DNA of 64,000 nt from NCBI GenBank assembly GCA_046331705.1, contig JAXLQJ010000001.1:1-64000 (forward strand). The letters are read 5' to 3'. The notes under the pieces were generated by a model that saw nothing but the letters and a program-made list of their open reading frames with translations, did not search any database and was not told the DNA's origin. The DNA is from a bacterium. GTDB taxonomy: Bacteria; JADJOY01. Below are positions 48,388 through 57,994 of this stretch, piece by piece (position 1 is the first letter of the stretch; each line of letters opens with the position of its first letter). The translations under genes were made by a program, and so were the position numbers.

Positions 48388-50403
48388 TCAGTCCAGTCCG
48401 GTCAGCAGGAAGTTGAAATCGAGGAGCAAGAGATTGTTCCACGGGCCGCCGCCGAGCGGGCGGGAGCGCGTGTCGTCGGGATCGAGATACGCGTTCCCGA
48501 TGCGGCAATGCCAGTTGACGATGGCGTCGTCCGTGTAGCGCAGCGCCAGCCAGTGGCGTCCCGGCGCCAACACCGCCTGGTCGCCGAGCCGTCGGAAGCT
48601 GAACGGAACCCAGCCGTAGTCGGCTTGCAGCGGCAGATCCGCGAGCGGGACCTTGCTGCTCGTCAGCTCGACCTTCGCGCCGGGAAGACCGCCCACGTCC
48701 TCGAGGATCTCGACCCACAGCGCGCCGCCTTCGCCGCCGAATTTCTGCAGCGCCAGCTCCGCGTCCCACAGCAGCAACGGACGGCGTAGCTCGAAGCGCT
48801 GCGCGAAGACCTCCTTCGAGGTCACGTACTCGGCGGCGTCCTCCGAGAGGTCGAGGAGACCGATCTCCGCCAGCTCGTCGAACGTCGGCGGCGGTGCCGG
48901 CGCCAGGGTGGTGGGTGCCGGCGGATGCACGTCGACGGGGCTCGCCTGAGGTGCGGGCGCAGGCGCGCCAGGCGGCGAGGGCCGAGGCGCAGGGACCGGC
49001 GGTAGGTTCGGCGGCGCGGGGCTCGGGGCGGGTTCGCGCGGCGGCTGCGGCGCACTCGGGCCCTTGGTCTCGACGACCGCTGGCCCGATGGGGGGCGCGA
49101 TCGGCACCGGCACGCCCGGCGAGGGTGGCGCGACCGTGGGGATCGGCGGAGGGGACGCGGGCCTCGGCTCGGGTTTCGGACGTTCCGGCGCCGCTGGCGG
49201 CGGCTTCGGCGCGTCGCCGGTGGCAGGCTGGTCTCGCGGGTCACGAACCAGGATCGGCTTCGGCCGCGACGGCGGCGCGATCGGTGCGGCGGTGCCCGGT
49301 CCGGCCTGTGCCGCCAATCCGGCGATCACCATCTCGTTCGGCGCCGGTCCCTCGCCCGACCACGCGAGGGTGTTCGACTCGTCCAGGAACTCGGTGGTGA
49401 CCTTGTCGGTGGCGCGAATCGAGCCGCCGCGCGCCGAGAAGAGATCGCTCACCTGAGGCGAGTCGATGCCCACGGCCTGGCGCACCAGATGCGTGCTCAC
49501 GAAGAACTGCGTGCTCTGCGGATCGAACGAGACCCACCCCACGTCCGGCAGGTTCACCTCGATCCAGGCATGGCGCCCCTGCGCGCTATCCAGCGTGATC
49601 GAGCCACCGTCGGCGCTCGGGATGCGCCACGGCCGCGACAGCGAGAATCCGTAGACCACGCGCGCCTCGATCCCCAGGTCGTGCAGCAGCGCGGTCGCGA
49701 GATGGGCGTAGTTCTGGCAGTTGCCGCGACCGGTGCTGAGCGCGTGCAGCGCACCGAAGCTGCGCGGATTCACCTCGTACTCGACGTGATCGATGACGTA
49801 GTTCATGACCCGCGCGATCGCGTCGTAGCGCCCGCGCGCTCCGCTCGCGAGCTGCCTTGCCAGATCGCGGACCTCGGATTCGTCCTGCGCCACCATCTTG
49901 CTGCCGCGCAAGAAGGGCGAGGAAGACGCGGCCCGTCCCTCGCTGGCGAGCGGCACCTCCGCGCTGGCGCCGAGCGGCGCGAGATTCGTGGCGAGCCCGG
50001 CCGTGAGCTCGATCGTGCAGCGCACCTCGGAACCCGGTCGCTTCCATTGCAGGTGGCGCCGCTCGTTGCCGAACTCGTCGGTCTCGGCGCGGGTCCGGTC
50101 TGGCTCGGGATCGCAGCGAATCGCGTAACCCTCGATGGTCTGTCGATTCACCTTGCCATCGAAGGACGTGAACGTCCCGGTCCGGAACTCGAGATCCGCG
50201 GTGTCCTTGCCGAGCTCCATCCGCTGCTCGATCCGCACCCGCACACGCGATTCCAGCGTCCCCGTGTAGTGGAGCGTCCGTGCCTCGGCGGCACGCTGCG
50301 TCGCGAGCAGCCACACGAGGGTTGCGACCCCGAGCTCGAAAAGGCCGCGGCACCAGCGGTCACGGCGAGCGACGCGCGCAGGGCGTGAGCGAGATCGACG
50401 CAT
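48388..50403 (-). CDS. Secreted transglutaminase-like protein with a Pro-rich linker and a C-terminal domain
   Basis: GNCQNYA (Cys), HAWIEV (His), WVSFDP (Asp); signal peptide AEA|R. Confidence 0.85.
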   Translation of the reverse strand: MRRSRSRPARVARRDRWCRGLFELGVATLVWLLATQRAAEARTLHYTGTLESRVRVRIEQRMELGKDTADLEFRTGTFTSFDGKVNRQTIEGYAIRCDPEPDRTRAETDEFGNERRHLQWKRPGSEVRCTIELTAGLATNLAPLGASAEVPLASEGRAASSSPFLRGSKMVAQDESEVRDLARQLASGARGRYDAIARVMNYVIDHVEYEVNPRSFGALHALSTGRGNCQNYAHLATALLHDLGIEARVVYGFSLSRPWRIPSADGGSITLDSAQGRHAWIEVNLPDVGWVSFDPQSTQFFVSTHLVRQAVGIDSPQVSDLFSARGGSIRATDKVTTEFLDESNTLAWSGEGPAPNEMVIAGLAAQAGPGTAAPIAPPSRPKPILVRDPRDQPATGDAPKPPPAAPERPKPEPRPASPPPIPTVAPPSPGVPVPIAPPIGPAVVETKGPSAPQPPREPAPSPAPPNLPPVPAPRPSPPGAPAPAPQASPVDVHPPAPTTLAPAPPPTFDELAEIGLLDLSEDAAEYVTSKEVFAQRFELRRPLLLWDAELALQKFGGEGGALWVEILEDVGGLPGAKVELTSSKVPLADLPLQADYGWVPFSFRRLGDQAVLAPGRHWLALRYTDDAIVNWHCRIGNAYLDPDDTRSRPLGGGPWNNLLLLDFNFLLTGLD

Positions 50404-50645
50404 GCAACGTGACTCGAGGAAATCCCGCGGTCGTGGCGGCCCATCCTCGTCGAGACCGCCATCCGCAAGCAAGGATCGAGGCGACGTGCTTAGGTGCTCA
50501 CGAGCCCCACGCGACAGGGGACGCGCGCCACGGGACGCGCTGCATCGGCCGTGTCCAGGGCGCAGCCCACGTGAACGGGGACATCGCACGCCCTCGACCG
50601 CGGCCCAAGAGCCGAGCCCGAGGGCGCTCGGCGGCGTGCGCCGCT

Positions 50646-53432
50646 TCAGGGCGCGGGCGCTGGCGGGGGCGCGGATGGATCGGGCGCCGTGAGCCAGCCG
50701 CTGAAATCGACGTTGCCCAGGAATTGCGCGGCATCGGGCTCGCCGCCCCACCAGTTCCGCTGCGCGAAGACGTACTGGGTCGACCGACTTTGCACCGGCC
50801 ACGCGTTGTCGGTGACGTTGTTCGACTCGATGTGCGGCTTCGCCTCGCCGGCGATCTCGATGCCGGCGGTCCCCTGGTTGGCCGTGATCGTCGAGTGGGT
50901 GATCTTGGGACGGGCCTTTCCGGTGACGCGCACGCCGCTCTGCAGGTTGTCGCGAACCAACGTGTGCGTGATCTCGGGCTCGCCGCTTCCGATCACCAGG
51001 CCATCCTCGGCGTTGCGGATCTGGGCGCCTTCGATCCTGCTGACCGCGCCGTCGCCACCGCTTCGGATCTCGATGGCGGTGCGATAGTCGCCGGGGGCGG
51101 CGGAGCGCTGCGCCGAGACGAATCGCACCGGCTCGGTGGTCGTGCCGAGAACGACGATCGATCCGCCATCCACGACCAGCGCGGCGCCGCGTGACGCGAA
51201 GGCGAGGGTGACTCCCGGGCCGACGATCATCCGCGCGCCGCCACCGATCACGGTCTCCGCGGCCACCGTGTACGGCGAATCGGCGGCGCTCAGCACCACC
51301 TCTCCCGAGACCGGGCCCGCGAGACTCCGCGGTGCGGGCGCGAGGCGCTTCACGTCCTCCGCCGCGCCGTTGGCGCGAGTGAGGATCCCGGCGAGCACCA
51401 CCGGTCCCGCCACCCGCGCGAGGGCGAGCTCCGGCTCGGCGCTCCCCCACCAATTCGCGCCGACCTCGAGCCGCGAGCCGCTTCGGCGGAGGTCCACGCC
51501 GCGATTCGCCACCAGCGCGTTGCCGGCGAGCACCGGCGCACCCTCGAGCACGAGCACCCCATCGCCTCCGTTCCCCTCGATGGAGTTCCCGTCGAGTCGG
51601 GGCGATCCTGCGTCGATCCGGAGGCCGTGTCTGCCATTGCGGCCGATCTGGTTGGCCTCGAGGACCGGCGCCGCGGAGTTGCGCACCACGACGCCGTCCT
51701 CGCGGTTCGACACGAAAGCGCTGCCGCGGATCGTCGGCTTGGCGAACGGTTCCTCGACGACGAGCCCCGTGCCGCTGCGCTCGACGTGGCAGCTCTCGAT
51801 GGTCGGCGACACACCGCGAACCGCGATGCCGACGTCCGCGCCCTCCACGGCGACGTTGCGCAGCGTCACCTCGGCGCTCGCGAGCGTGAGCCCTTTCCAG
51901 GCACCGTCGGCGCGCGCCGCGCGAAACGTGATGCCTCGGCTCGGCTCGCCCGCGGCGACCAGACCTCCCTCGACGACGATCGCGGCGCCCTCCAGCTCGA
52001 CCACGGTGCCGGGCTCGATCGTGAGGACCGCGCCCTTCGGCACCGTGAGATCCGCGCTCACGCGATACGGCGAGCCGGCTGCCCACCACGTGACCCTGCC
52101 GGCCAAGGGCCCCGCCGTCACCGCGGTCGCGCCGCGGCTACGCGGCACGGCCTCCACGATCGCGCTGGGCGGGCTCTCGTTGCCGGCTCGATCGAGCGCG
52201 GCCACGCGGAAATACGCCGCGACCCCGGTGGCCAGCTTCGCCACGGTCTGTTCGGTGAATTGGGTATCCGCGATCGCGGCGAAACCCGTCAGCGGTGTGG
52301 CGCTCTGATAGACGCGGTATCCGGCCAGGTCCTTCGCGGCGACGGCGCTCCAGGCGAGGCGCGCCGAATCCGCCGCGGGATCGGCCACGAGCCCCTCCGG
52401 CGCGGGCGGTGCTTGCGTGTCCACCGTGAACGCACCCAGCGCGTCGGTGAACAGCGACGAATTGCCGCGCTTGTCCTCGAGGCGGGCGCTCACCACCACC
52501 TGCTCGGCCTGATCCCCGGGGACGACCTGGTAGCTCGCCTCGTAGCGCCCCGGCTCGGTCGCGGACTCCGCCATGCGCAGCTCGCGAGAGAGCCCGGCGA
52601 GGGAGGCGGTCGCGATCATCTCGGGCTCGCCCGCGAGGGACACGTGAATCGTGTCGCCCGCCTTCAGCACTCGGCCCGCGGAATCGTGAAGCAGGGACGT
52701 GATCGCCGGCGGCTTCACGCGGCCGATCACGGTGGGCTCGGGAATGGTGGTGGTCATGCCGCGGAAGAGCTCGTCGGCGCCGCGCAGCAGCACCACTTGG
52801 CGCATGTTCATGGCGGCGCTGGCGGCGGCGCCGATCGCGCCGATGATCGACGTCGGCAGCTCGCCCTCCTGCTCGCGCGCCACGTCTTGTCCTTCCCACA
52901 CGATGTCGCCGGTGCGTGCGTCGACGAGCCGCACCTTGGCGCCCACGTTCACCAGGGCGCCGACCACGGCGTAGATGCGGTCGAAGTGGGTGACCGTTCC
53001 ATAGACCAGGCCGTCGACGTGAAGCAGCTCCGCGAGCTTCTGGGGGTCTTGCTCCGCGAGCGCCTTCGGGTCGGCGAGCCCGGCCTCGGCGAGCTTCTTG
53101 TCCACCACGGCGAGCTCCACGTCCTCGTAGGTCTTGGTGGAGAAGTGGTTGTAGAAGCTGCGGCGCACGGTGTCCGCCGCCGCGGGGCTCTCGGTCTCGT
53201 TCACGAACGGCAGCACCGCCACGCGACTCGGCAGGTGCGCGGCGGCCTCGGGATGCAGGCGCGCGGTGCCTTCGTACGACATCGTCGGCGCGTCCATCTT
53301 CTCGGTCGGCAGATTGAGCGGATTCTGCCCGCTGCAGCCGTGGCCGCAGACGAGAGCGAAAACGACCGCCAGCGCGAGGGCCGCGAAGCGGCGCCCGCAT
53401 CGAAGCCTCGAGGCCACGCCCGCGAGATCCAT
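50646..53432 (-). CDS. Lipoprotein: DUF799/GNA1162-like domain, FN3 and right-handed beta-helix
   Basis: Lipobox GHGC; RVAVLPFVNET, VDGLVYGTVT, RLVDARTGDIVW; FN3 DLAGYRVY...AALDRAGNES; GSPY...LTIEPGT; repeated N..G motifs; two NWWG motifs. Confidence 0.82.
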   Translation of the reverse strand: MDLAGVASRLRCGRRFAALALAVVFALVCGHGCSGQNPLNLPTEKMDAPTMSYEGTARLHPEAAAHLPSRVAVLPFVNETESPAAADTVRRSFYNHFSTKTYEDVELAVVDKKLAEAGLADPKALAEQDPQKLAELLHVDGLVYGTVTHFDRIYAVVGALVNVGAKVRLVDARTGDIVWEGQDVAREQEGELPTSIIGAIGAAASAAMNMRQVVLLRGADELFRGMTTTIPEPTVIGRVKPPAITSLLHDSAGRVLKAGDTIHVSLAGEPEMIATASLAGLSRELRMAESATEPGRYEASYQVVPGDQAEQVVVSARLEDKRGNSSLFTDALGAFTVDTQAPPAPEGLVADPAADSARLAWSAVAAKDLAGYRVYQSATPLTGFAAIADTQFTEQTVAKLATGVAAYFRVAALDRAGNESPPSAIVEAVPRSRGATAVTAGPLAGRVTWWAAGSPYRVSADLTVPKGAVLTIEPGTVVELEGAAIVVEGGLVAAGEPSRGITFRAARADGAWKGLTLASAEVTLRNVAVEGADVGIAVRGVSPTIESCHVERSGTGLVVEEPFAKPTIRGSAFVSNREDGVVVRNSAAPVLEANQIGRNGRHGLRIDAGSPRLDGNSIEGNGGDGVLVLEGAPVLAGNALVANRGVDLRRSGSRLEVGANWWGSAEPELALARVAGPVVLAGILTRANGAAEDVKRLAPAPRSLAGPVSGEVVLSAADSPYTVAAETVIGGGARMIVGPGVTLAFASRGAALVVDGGSIVVLGTTTEPVRFVSAQRSAAPGDYRTAIEIRSGGDGAVSRIEGAQIRNAEDGLVIGSGEPEITHTLVRDNLQSGVRVTGKARPKITHSTITANQGTAGIEIAGEAKPHIESNNVTDNAWPVQSRSTQYVFAQRNWWGGEPDAAQFLGNVDFSGWLTAPDPSAPPPAPAP

Positions 53433-53618
53433 CGCACCGCCTCCTCGCCTCGCCGTGCCCGCCCGGCGAACGTCGCTCGCCAACGCGCGCGGGCTCGCTC
53501 GGCTGCGAGCGGCGCGCGGCCGGCGACCATCCTAGCCGCACTACCAGCGGAATGGGCGATTCACCGCGCACACCGATCCGTCCCCGCGCACGATCGCGAG
53601 CGGGCGGTTCGGCTTCGC

Positions 53619-54020
53619 TCAGAACCAGAGCGGCGAACGGACGTCGCGAACGCGCCGCAACGCCCACAAGCTGGTCGCGGTGCCGGCGATCTCGAGGGTC
53701 GCGAACGCGAGGTGGATAGCGCGCACGTCGGCCACGAAGAGCGCCCCCAGCAGCCGAGCGAGCCCCAGCCCACCGAGCAGCGCCGCCAGCGCCGTGAGGC
53801 CGAGCGGGAGCCAGTCGGTGCGCGTCGCGCAGAGCCCGAGGAAGAACGCCACCCCGAGCTGAAGGCCGCCGTAGAACGCGTAGATCTCGACCCGCGCCGT
53901 GGCGGTCGTGAGCGCGATGTCCACGACGCGCATCAGCGCATCGGGGAAGACCAGACACCCGCCTCCGATCGCGCCGAACACCAGCGCCCCCAGCACCAGC
54001 ACGCGCCGCGCCGCGATCAT
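53619..54020 (-). CDS. DUF4345-like small membrane protein
   Basis: EIYAFYGGLQLG, GLARLLG; 4 TM segments. Confidence 0.75.
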   Translation of the reverse strand: MIAARRVLVLGALVFGAIGGGCLVFPDALMRVVDIALTTATARVEIYAFYGGLQLGVAFFLGLCATRTDWLPLGLTALAALLGGLGLARLLGALFVADVRAIHLAFATLEIAGTATSLWALRRVRDVRSPLWF

Positions 54021-54027
54021 CGCGCGC

Positions 54028-54882
54028 TCACGGCAACCGAAAGGGAACGCCGATCGCGCGGGCGTTGAGCCAGTGGCGCACGCGCCACGGCACGAGCGGA
54101 CGCATCGCGATCATGAAATAGGCGTCGATCCCCACCGGGTAGCGCAGCCGTGGCCGGCGTGCGCGCGCGGCGCGGACGATCGTGCGGCTCACCCAGCGCG
54201 GGTTCTGCGCCAGGAACCGAAACCGCGACATGCGGGAATCCATGTTCTCGAGGATTCGACGGTAGGGGCTCGACGGCGACGACGCGCGCACCATGCTGCC
54301 GCGATCGAACTCGGTGCCGAAGGCGCCCGGCTCGATCAGCGCCACGTGGATGCCGAAGGGCGCGAGCTCGTACTGCATCGCCTCGGTGAGGCCTTCCACG
54401 GCGAACTTGCTCGCATGGTACGGCGCGAAGATCGGGAAGGTGGTCCGCCCGCCCATCGACGAGACGTTGATGACGCGGCCCGAGCGTTGCGCACGCATCA
54501 TCGGCAGGAACGCGCGCGTGACCTCGGCGAGCCCGATGACGTTGGTCTCGAGCTGGGCCCGGAAGACCTCGGCGCTCACGTCTTCGACCGCGCCGATGAG
54601 CCCGTAGCCCGCGTTGTTGACCAGCACGTCGAGGCGGCCGTAGCGCTCCTCGACGTGGCGGCGCGCGGACGCGATCGACTCGGCATCGGTGACGTCGAGA
54701 CGCACCACGTCGAGCTCCACCTTCGAGCGCGCGGCCGCGTCGAGCAGCGGCTGCCGCTTGTCGAGGTTGCGCATCGTGGCGACCACCCGAAATCCCGCCG
54801 CCGCGAGGTCGACGCTCGCCAGCAGCCCGAATCCGCTCGAAGTGCCCGTCACCAGCGCCACGGGCCCGTTGCTCGCGCTCAT
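54028..54882 (-). CDS. Short-chain dehydrogenase/reductase
   Basis: TGTSSGFG, LDVT, NNAG, NVSS, YHASK, IEPG; GAGGAG RBS. Confidence 0.95.
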   Translation of the reverse strand: MSASNGPVALVTGTSSGFGLLASVDLAAAGFRVVATMRNLDKRQPLLDAAARSKVELDVVRLDVTDAESIASARRHVEERYGRLDVLVNNAGYGLIGAVEDVSAEVFRAQLETNVIGLAEVTRAFLPMMRAQRSGRVINVSSMGGRTTFPIFAPYHASKFAVEGLTEAMQYELAPFGIHVALIEPGAFGTEFDRGSMVRASSPSSPYRRILENMDSRMSRFRFLAQNPRWVSRTIVRAARARRPRLRYPVGIDAYFMIAMRPLVPWRVRHWLNARAIGVPFRLP

Positions 54883-55058
54883 CCTGTTTCTCTCCTCGAT
54901 TCGCGGTCGCGAAGTAAGCCGCAACGCCCCCGCGGCGCCAACCGGTGCGGGGTCGATCCCGCCCCCGCGCGCACCTTGCCCGAATCCGAGCGCTCGAATA
55001 AATGATCTTCGCGAGCACGGATTTCTATGGGGCATTCCGAAGCGCGGGAGGTGGCGTC

Positions 55059-55496
55059 ATGCAGGTTCGATCTCGAGTGATGGGTCGCTGGGCGCTCGCC
55101 GCCGTGCAGGTGCTGGTCATGGCGCTCGGCGGCTGTGCGCGGGCGCCGATCGCCAGCGATCCCGTGACCGCCGGCAACGCCAAGCGCACGCTCGTGGCGG
55201 GCCAGACAACGCAACAGCAAGTGATCGAGACCTTCGGCGCGCCCAATCTGGTCACACGCACGGCGGATGGCACGGAGACATGGACCTACGAGCGCGTGGC
55301 CTACGACTCGAGCTGGATGGGCGGCGGCGGCGGGGTGGGTGCGGGCGGCATTCCCGCCGCGCCGGCGGTCGTGGGCGGCGGGCTCGGGTTCGGCGGCGGC
55401 ACCTCCAGCTCGGGAAGCCGCACCGTGACGCTCATCGTCTACTTCGACGCGACGGATCGGGTGCGCGATTACCGCGTCATGGAAAGTCATTACTGA
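55059..55496 (+). CDS. SmpA/BamE-like lipoprotein
   Basis: Lipobox LGGC; GQTTQQQVIETFGAPN, ETWTY, TLIVYFD...VRDY; Gly-rich insert. Confidence 0.75.
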   Translation: MQVRSRVMGRWALAAVQVLVMALGGCARAPIASDPVTAGNAKRTLVAGQTTQQQVIETFGAPNLVTRTADGTETWTYERVAYDSSWMGGGGGVGAGGIPAAPAVVGGGLGFGGGTSSSGSRTVTLIVYFDATDRVRDYRVMESHY

Positions 55497-55500
55497 GCGC

Positions 55501-56151
55501 ATGCGGATCGCTCGCCCATCCCCGTTCGCGCCACGGTTTCGCGCAGGCCGCGTGCGGGCCGCGGCGCTCGTCGTCGTGGCGAGCGCCGCCGTATGCCTCG
55601 CGGGTTGCGCCAAGCAGATGACGCCGATGCAGCGGCAAGCGCTCGAGACGACGTACATCGACGCGCCGTTGCCGGACGTGTTCCGCGCGACGCGCACGGC
55701 CTTCCAGAACGAGGGCTACACCGTCGAGCAGAGCGAGCTGGCGAGCGGCTTCCTGCAGTTCTCGCGGGGCGTCCGCACCAAGTCCACGGGAACGGCGTTC
55801 GCGCTCGGTTTCCTGCCGGGCGGAGGCTCGTTCTACGTGGGCAACTACGGCTTGGGGGTGCTCGATCTGCTGCTGTGGCCTTTCTCCGTGCTGTGGGATC
55901 CCGCTGTCTCGGCGGCCGCGGCCTCGGATGCCAAGCGCGACGTGAAGGTGAGCGTCACGATGGTCGAGCTCGGCGCGCGCACCGAGCTGCGCGCCGGATT
56001 CGCGGACGCGGACTTCGACGACGAGTACGGCATCTTCCTGAAGCGGGTCTACGCCGAGGTGCAACGCCAGGTGATGCTGCGCGAGCACCGCGACGCGACC
56101 ATGGGCGCCCCGCCAGCGAGCGGCGCCGCGCCGGTGAAGCCCGCCAACTGA
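55501..56151 (+). CDS. Hypothetical lipoprotein with a TM2-like hydrophobic insert
   Basis: Lipobox LAGC; KSTGTAFALGFLPGGGSFYVGNYGLG. Confidence 0.75.
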   Translation: MRIARPSPFAPRFRAGRVRAAALVVVASAAVCLAGCAKQMTPMQRQALETTYIDAPLPDVFRATRTAFQNEGYTVEQSELASGFLQFSRGVRTKSTGTAFALGFLPGGGSFYVGNYGLGVLDLLLWPFSVLWDPAVSAAAASDAKRDVKVSVTMVELGARTELRAGFADADFDDEYGIFLKRVYAEVQRQVMLREHRDATMGAPPASGAAPVKPAN

Positions 56152-56170
56152 TCGCCGCCGCACGAGAGGC

Positions 56171-57994
56171 GTGCTGGACGTGCCTCGCTACAAGCTCTTC
56201 CTGCTCGAGCGACCCGGCGCGGACACGCGCACCGTCGAGCGCGCCGCGTGGACGCTGCCCTCGGCGCTCGACGTCCCGCGGCTGACCAAGGCGCTCAAGG
56301 GCGAGCTCCAGGTCGATTGGCTCGAGATCGCTTCGAGCGACCGGAAGCGCGAGATCGTCAAGATCCAGAAGGCGCTGAGCGCCGTGGGCTGCATGCTCGC
56401 GTTCGACGATGGCGGCAGCAGCTTGCGGCGCGATCTCACCGGCGCCATCCAGGAAACGCTGAGCGCGGAGGCGCGGCGCAAGGCGCGCGAGCGCGACCGC
56501 GAGCGCTCGATCTTCGAGCGCGGCGGCGCCGTCGGCGCCCTTCGCGACGCCGTCGCACGCCACGGCCGCGCGGCGCTGAGCTGGCTGGCGGGGATCGGCG
56601 TGATGGGCGGCTCGGTGGTGTTGCTCGTTCTCTGGCTCGGCACCGGCCAGACCACGAGCGGCTCGCCGGATCCCTCGACGCTCGCGCGCCTGGCGGCATT
56701 CGGTCGGAGTGACGCGAACTTGCCCGCGGTGCCAGACACCGCCGACGGCGAGGGTGGCGCGGAGCCCACCGAGCCCACCTCGCGGCGCCTGGTACAGCCA
56801 CCCGCCGAATCGGCGGCGGACGGCCCCCGGCCCGCGATTCCGGACGTGCCGAGCGGCGGAAGCGCTCGTGCCGCGCGCTCCGCGACACCCAAACCGAAGC
56901 CGGCCGCGCCCACCGCGCGTCCATTCGAGATCGCGGGGTTCGTCCTCGGCCTGGGTTGGGCAGGTGGCTTCGAGGTGCTGGCGCGGCGGGCACGGCGTCA
57001 GTCCCGCTCGCGTGCGCTGTGGATGCGGGTGCTGCCGAGCCTCGCCACCGCCACGGTGGTGATGGCTGCGCTGGTGTGGACCGAGCGCCCAGCACCCGTG
57101 GCCAAGCCGCAGCCGAAGCCGGCGGCGGCGCTCACGACCTCGAGGCCCACACGCGCACCGGTGACGCGCGCACGGCCGTCGGCCATCCGCCCGCGGCGCA
57201 CCACGAGCACCGCCGCGCAGACTCCGCCCAAACGTTATCGAGAGCTGCTCGCGCTCATGGTCCCTTCGCCACAGCCCTGCGCCGACGCAGGAACCCCGCT
57301 CGCGAGCTTCCTCTGCCTGGAACGCCTGCGGCGACCGGAGGCCGCCTTTGGCCTCGCGCCAGACTCCGGCGCCGCACCGGATGCGGAGCCTGCCGAGGCC
57401 GAGTCGCCCACCGCCACGCCGGCAGCGGTGCGGCGGCGCGAGGCCGCGCCCATTTCGCCGCCCGCGGCGCTCGCGGCGAACGCGCCGCCACATCGCGAGA
57501 CGAAGGCCAGCGCCGCGGCGTCGCCCGGCACGAGTGCGACAGGGAGCGCGCCGACACCCGCGGCGCCTGTGGGCGCCCCGGCCCTCTCGTCCATCCCCCG
57601 AGCCCAGACGAACAGCTCAGCGCCCGCGCGTCCCAGCGCTTCCGACGGAACGGGAGCGCAGCATCGCCCGTCCGCGGTCACGGCTCCGAATCCCGCCTCC
57701 CTCACCGCGGCTCCGCGAGTCGCTTCGCCACCGATCGCCAGCGCGAATCCGGCCTCGAGCGCCGACGCGCGAGCAGCGGGCGGTACACAGCCGGCACCCT
57801 CGTCGAATCCCGCTCCGGCGGCCGCCATCGCGACGCCCGCTGCTCGCGCGCAAGAGCCGCATCGCCCGCCCGCCGAGTCCGCGCGCGCGCTGCCGACCTT
57901 CCTGCTCGGGCTGCTCGCGGGCAGCGTCGGGCTCTCGATCCTGGCGCTCGGCTCCGGTCCGGCAGGGACGCGACGCGAGCGGAGGCGCGCGTGA
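56171..57994 (+). CDS. Hypothetical Pro/Ala-rich membrane protein
   Basis: Globular N-terminus, then several hydrophobic segments separated by low-complexity linkers; stop overlaps the next GTG. Confidence 0.6.
   Translation: MLDVPRYKLFLLERPGADTRTVERAAWTLPSALDVPRLTKALKGELQVDWLEIASSDRKREIVKIQKALSAVGCMLAFDDGGSSLRRDLTGAIQETLSAEARRKARERDRERSIFERGGAVGALRDAVARHGRAALSWLAGIGVMGGSVVLLVLWLGTGQTTSGSPDPSTLARLAAFGRSDANLPAVPDTADGEGGAEPTEPTSRRLVQPPAESAADGPRPAIPDVPSGGSARAARSATPKPKPAAPTARPFEIAGFVLGLGWAGGFEVLARRARRQSRSRALWMRVLPSLATATVVMAALVWTERPAPVAKPQPKPAAALTTSRPTRAPVTRARPSAIRPRRTTSTAAQTPPKRYRELLALMVPSPQPCADAGTPLASFLCLERLRRPEAAFGLAPDSGAAPDAEPAEAESPTATPAAVRRREAAPISPPAALAANAPPHRETKASAAASPGTSATGSAPTPAAPVGAPALSSIPRAQTNSSAPARPSASDGTGAQHRPSAVTAPNPASLTAAPRVASPPIASANPASSADARAAGGTQPAPSSNPAPAAAIATPAARAQEPHRPPAESARALPTFLLGLLAGSVGLSILALGSGPAGTRRERRRA

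Noticed and set aside
50503-50582. Degenerate type I-E-like CRISPR repeats (60-bp period)
   Set aside because: Only two short imperfect copies, with no leader or cas genes.
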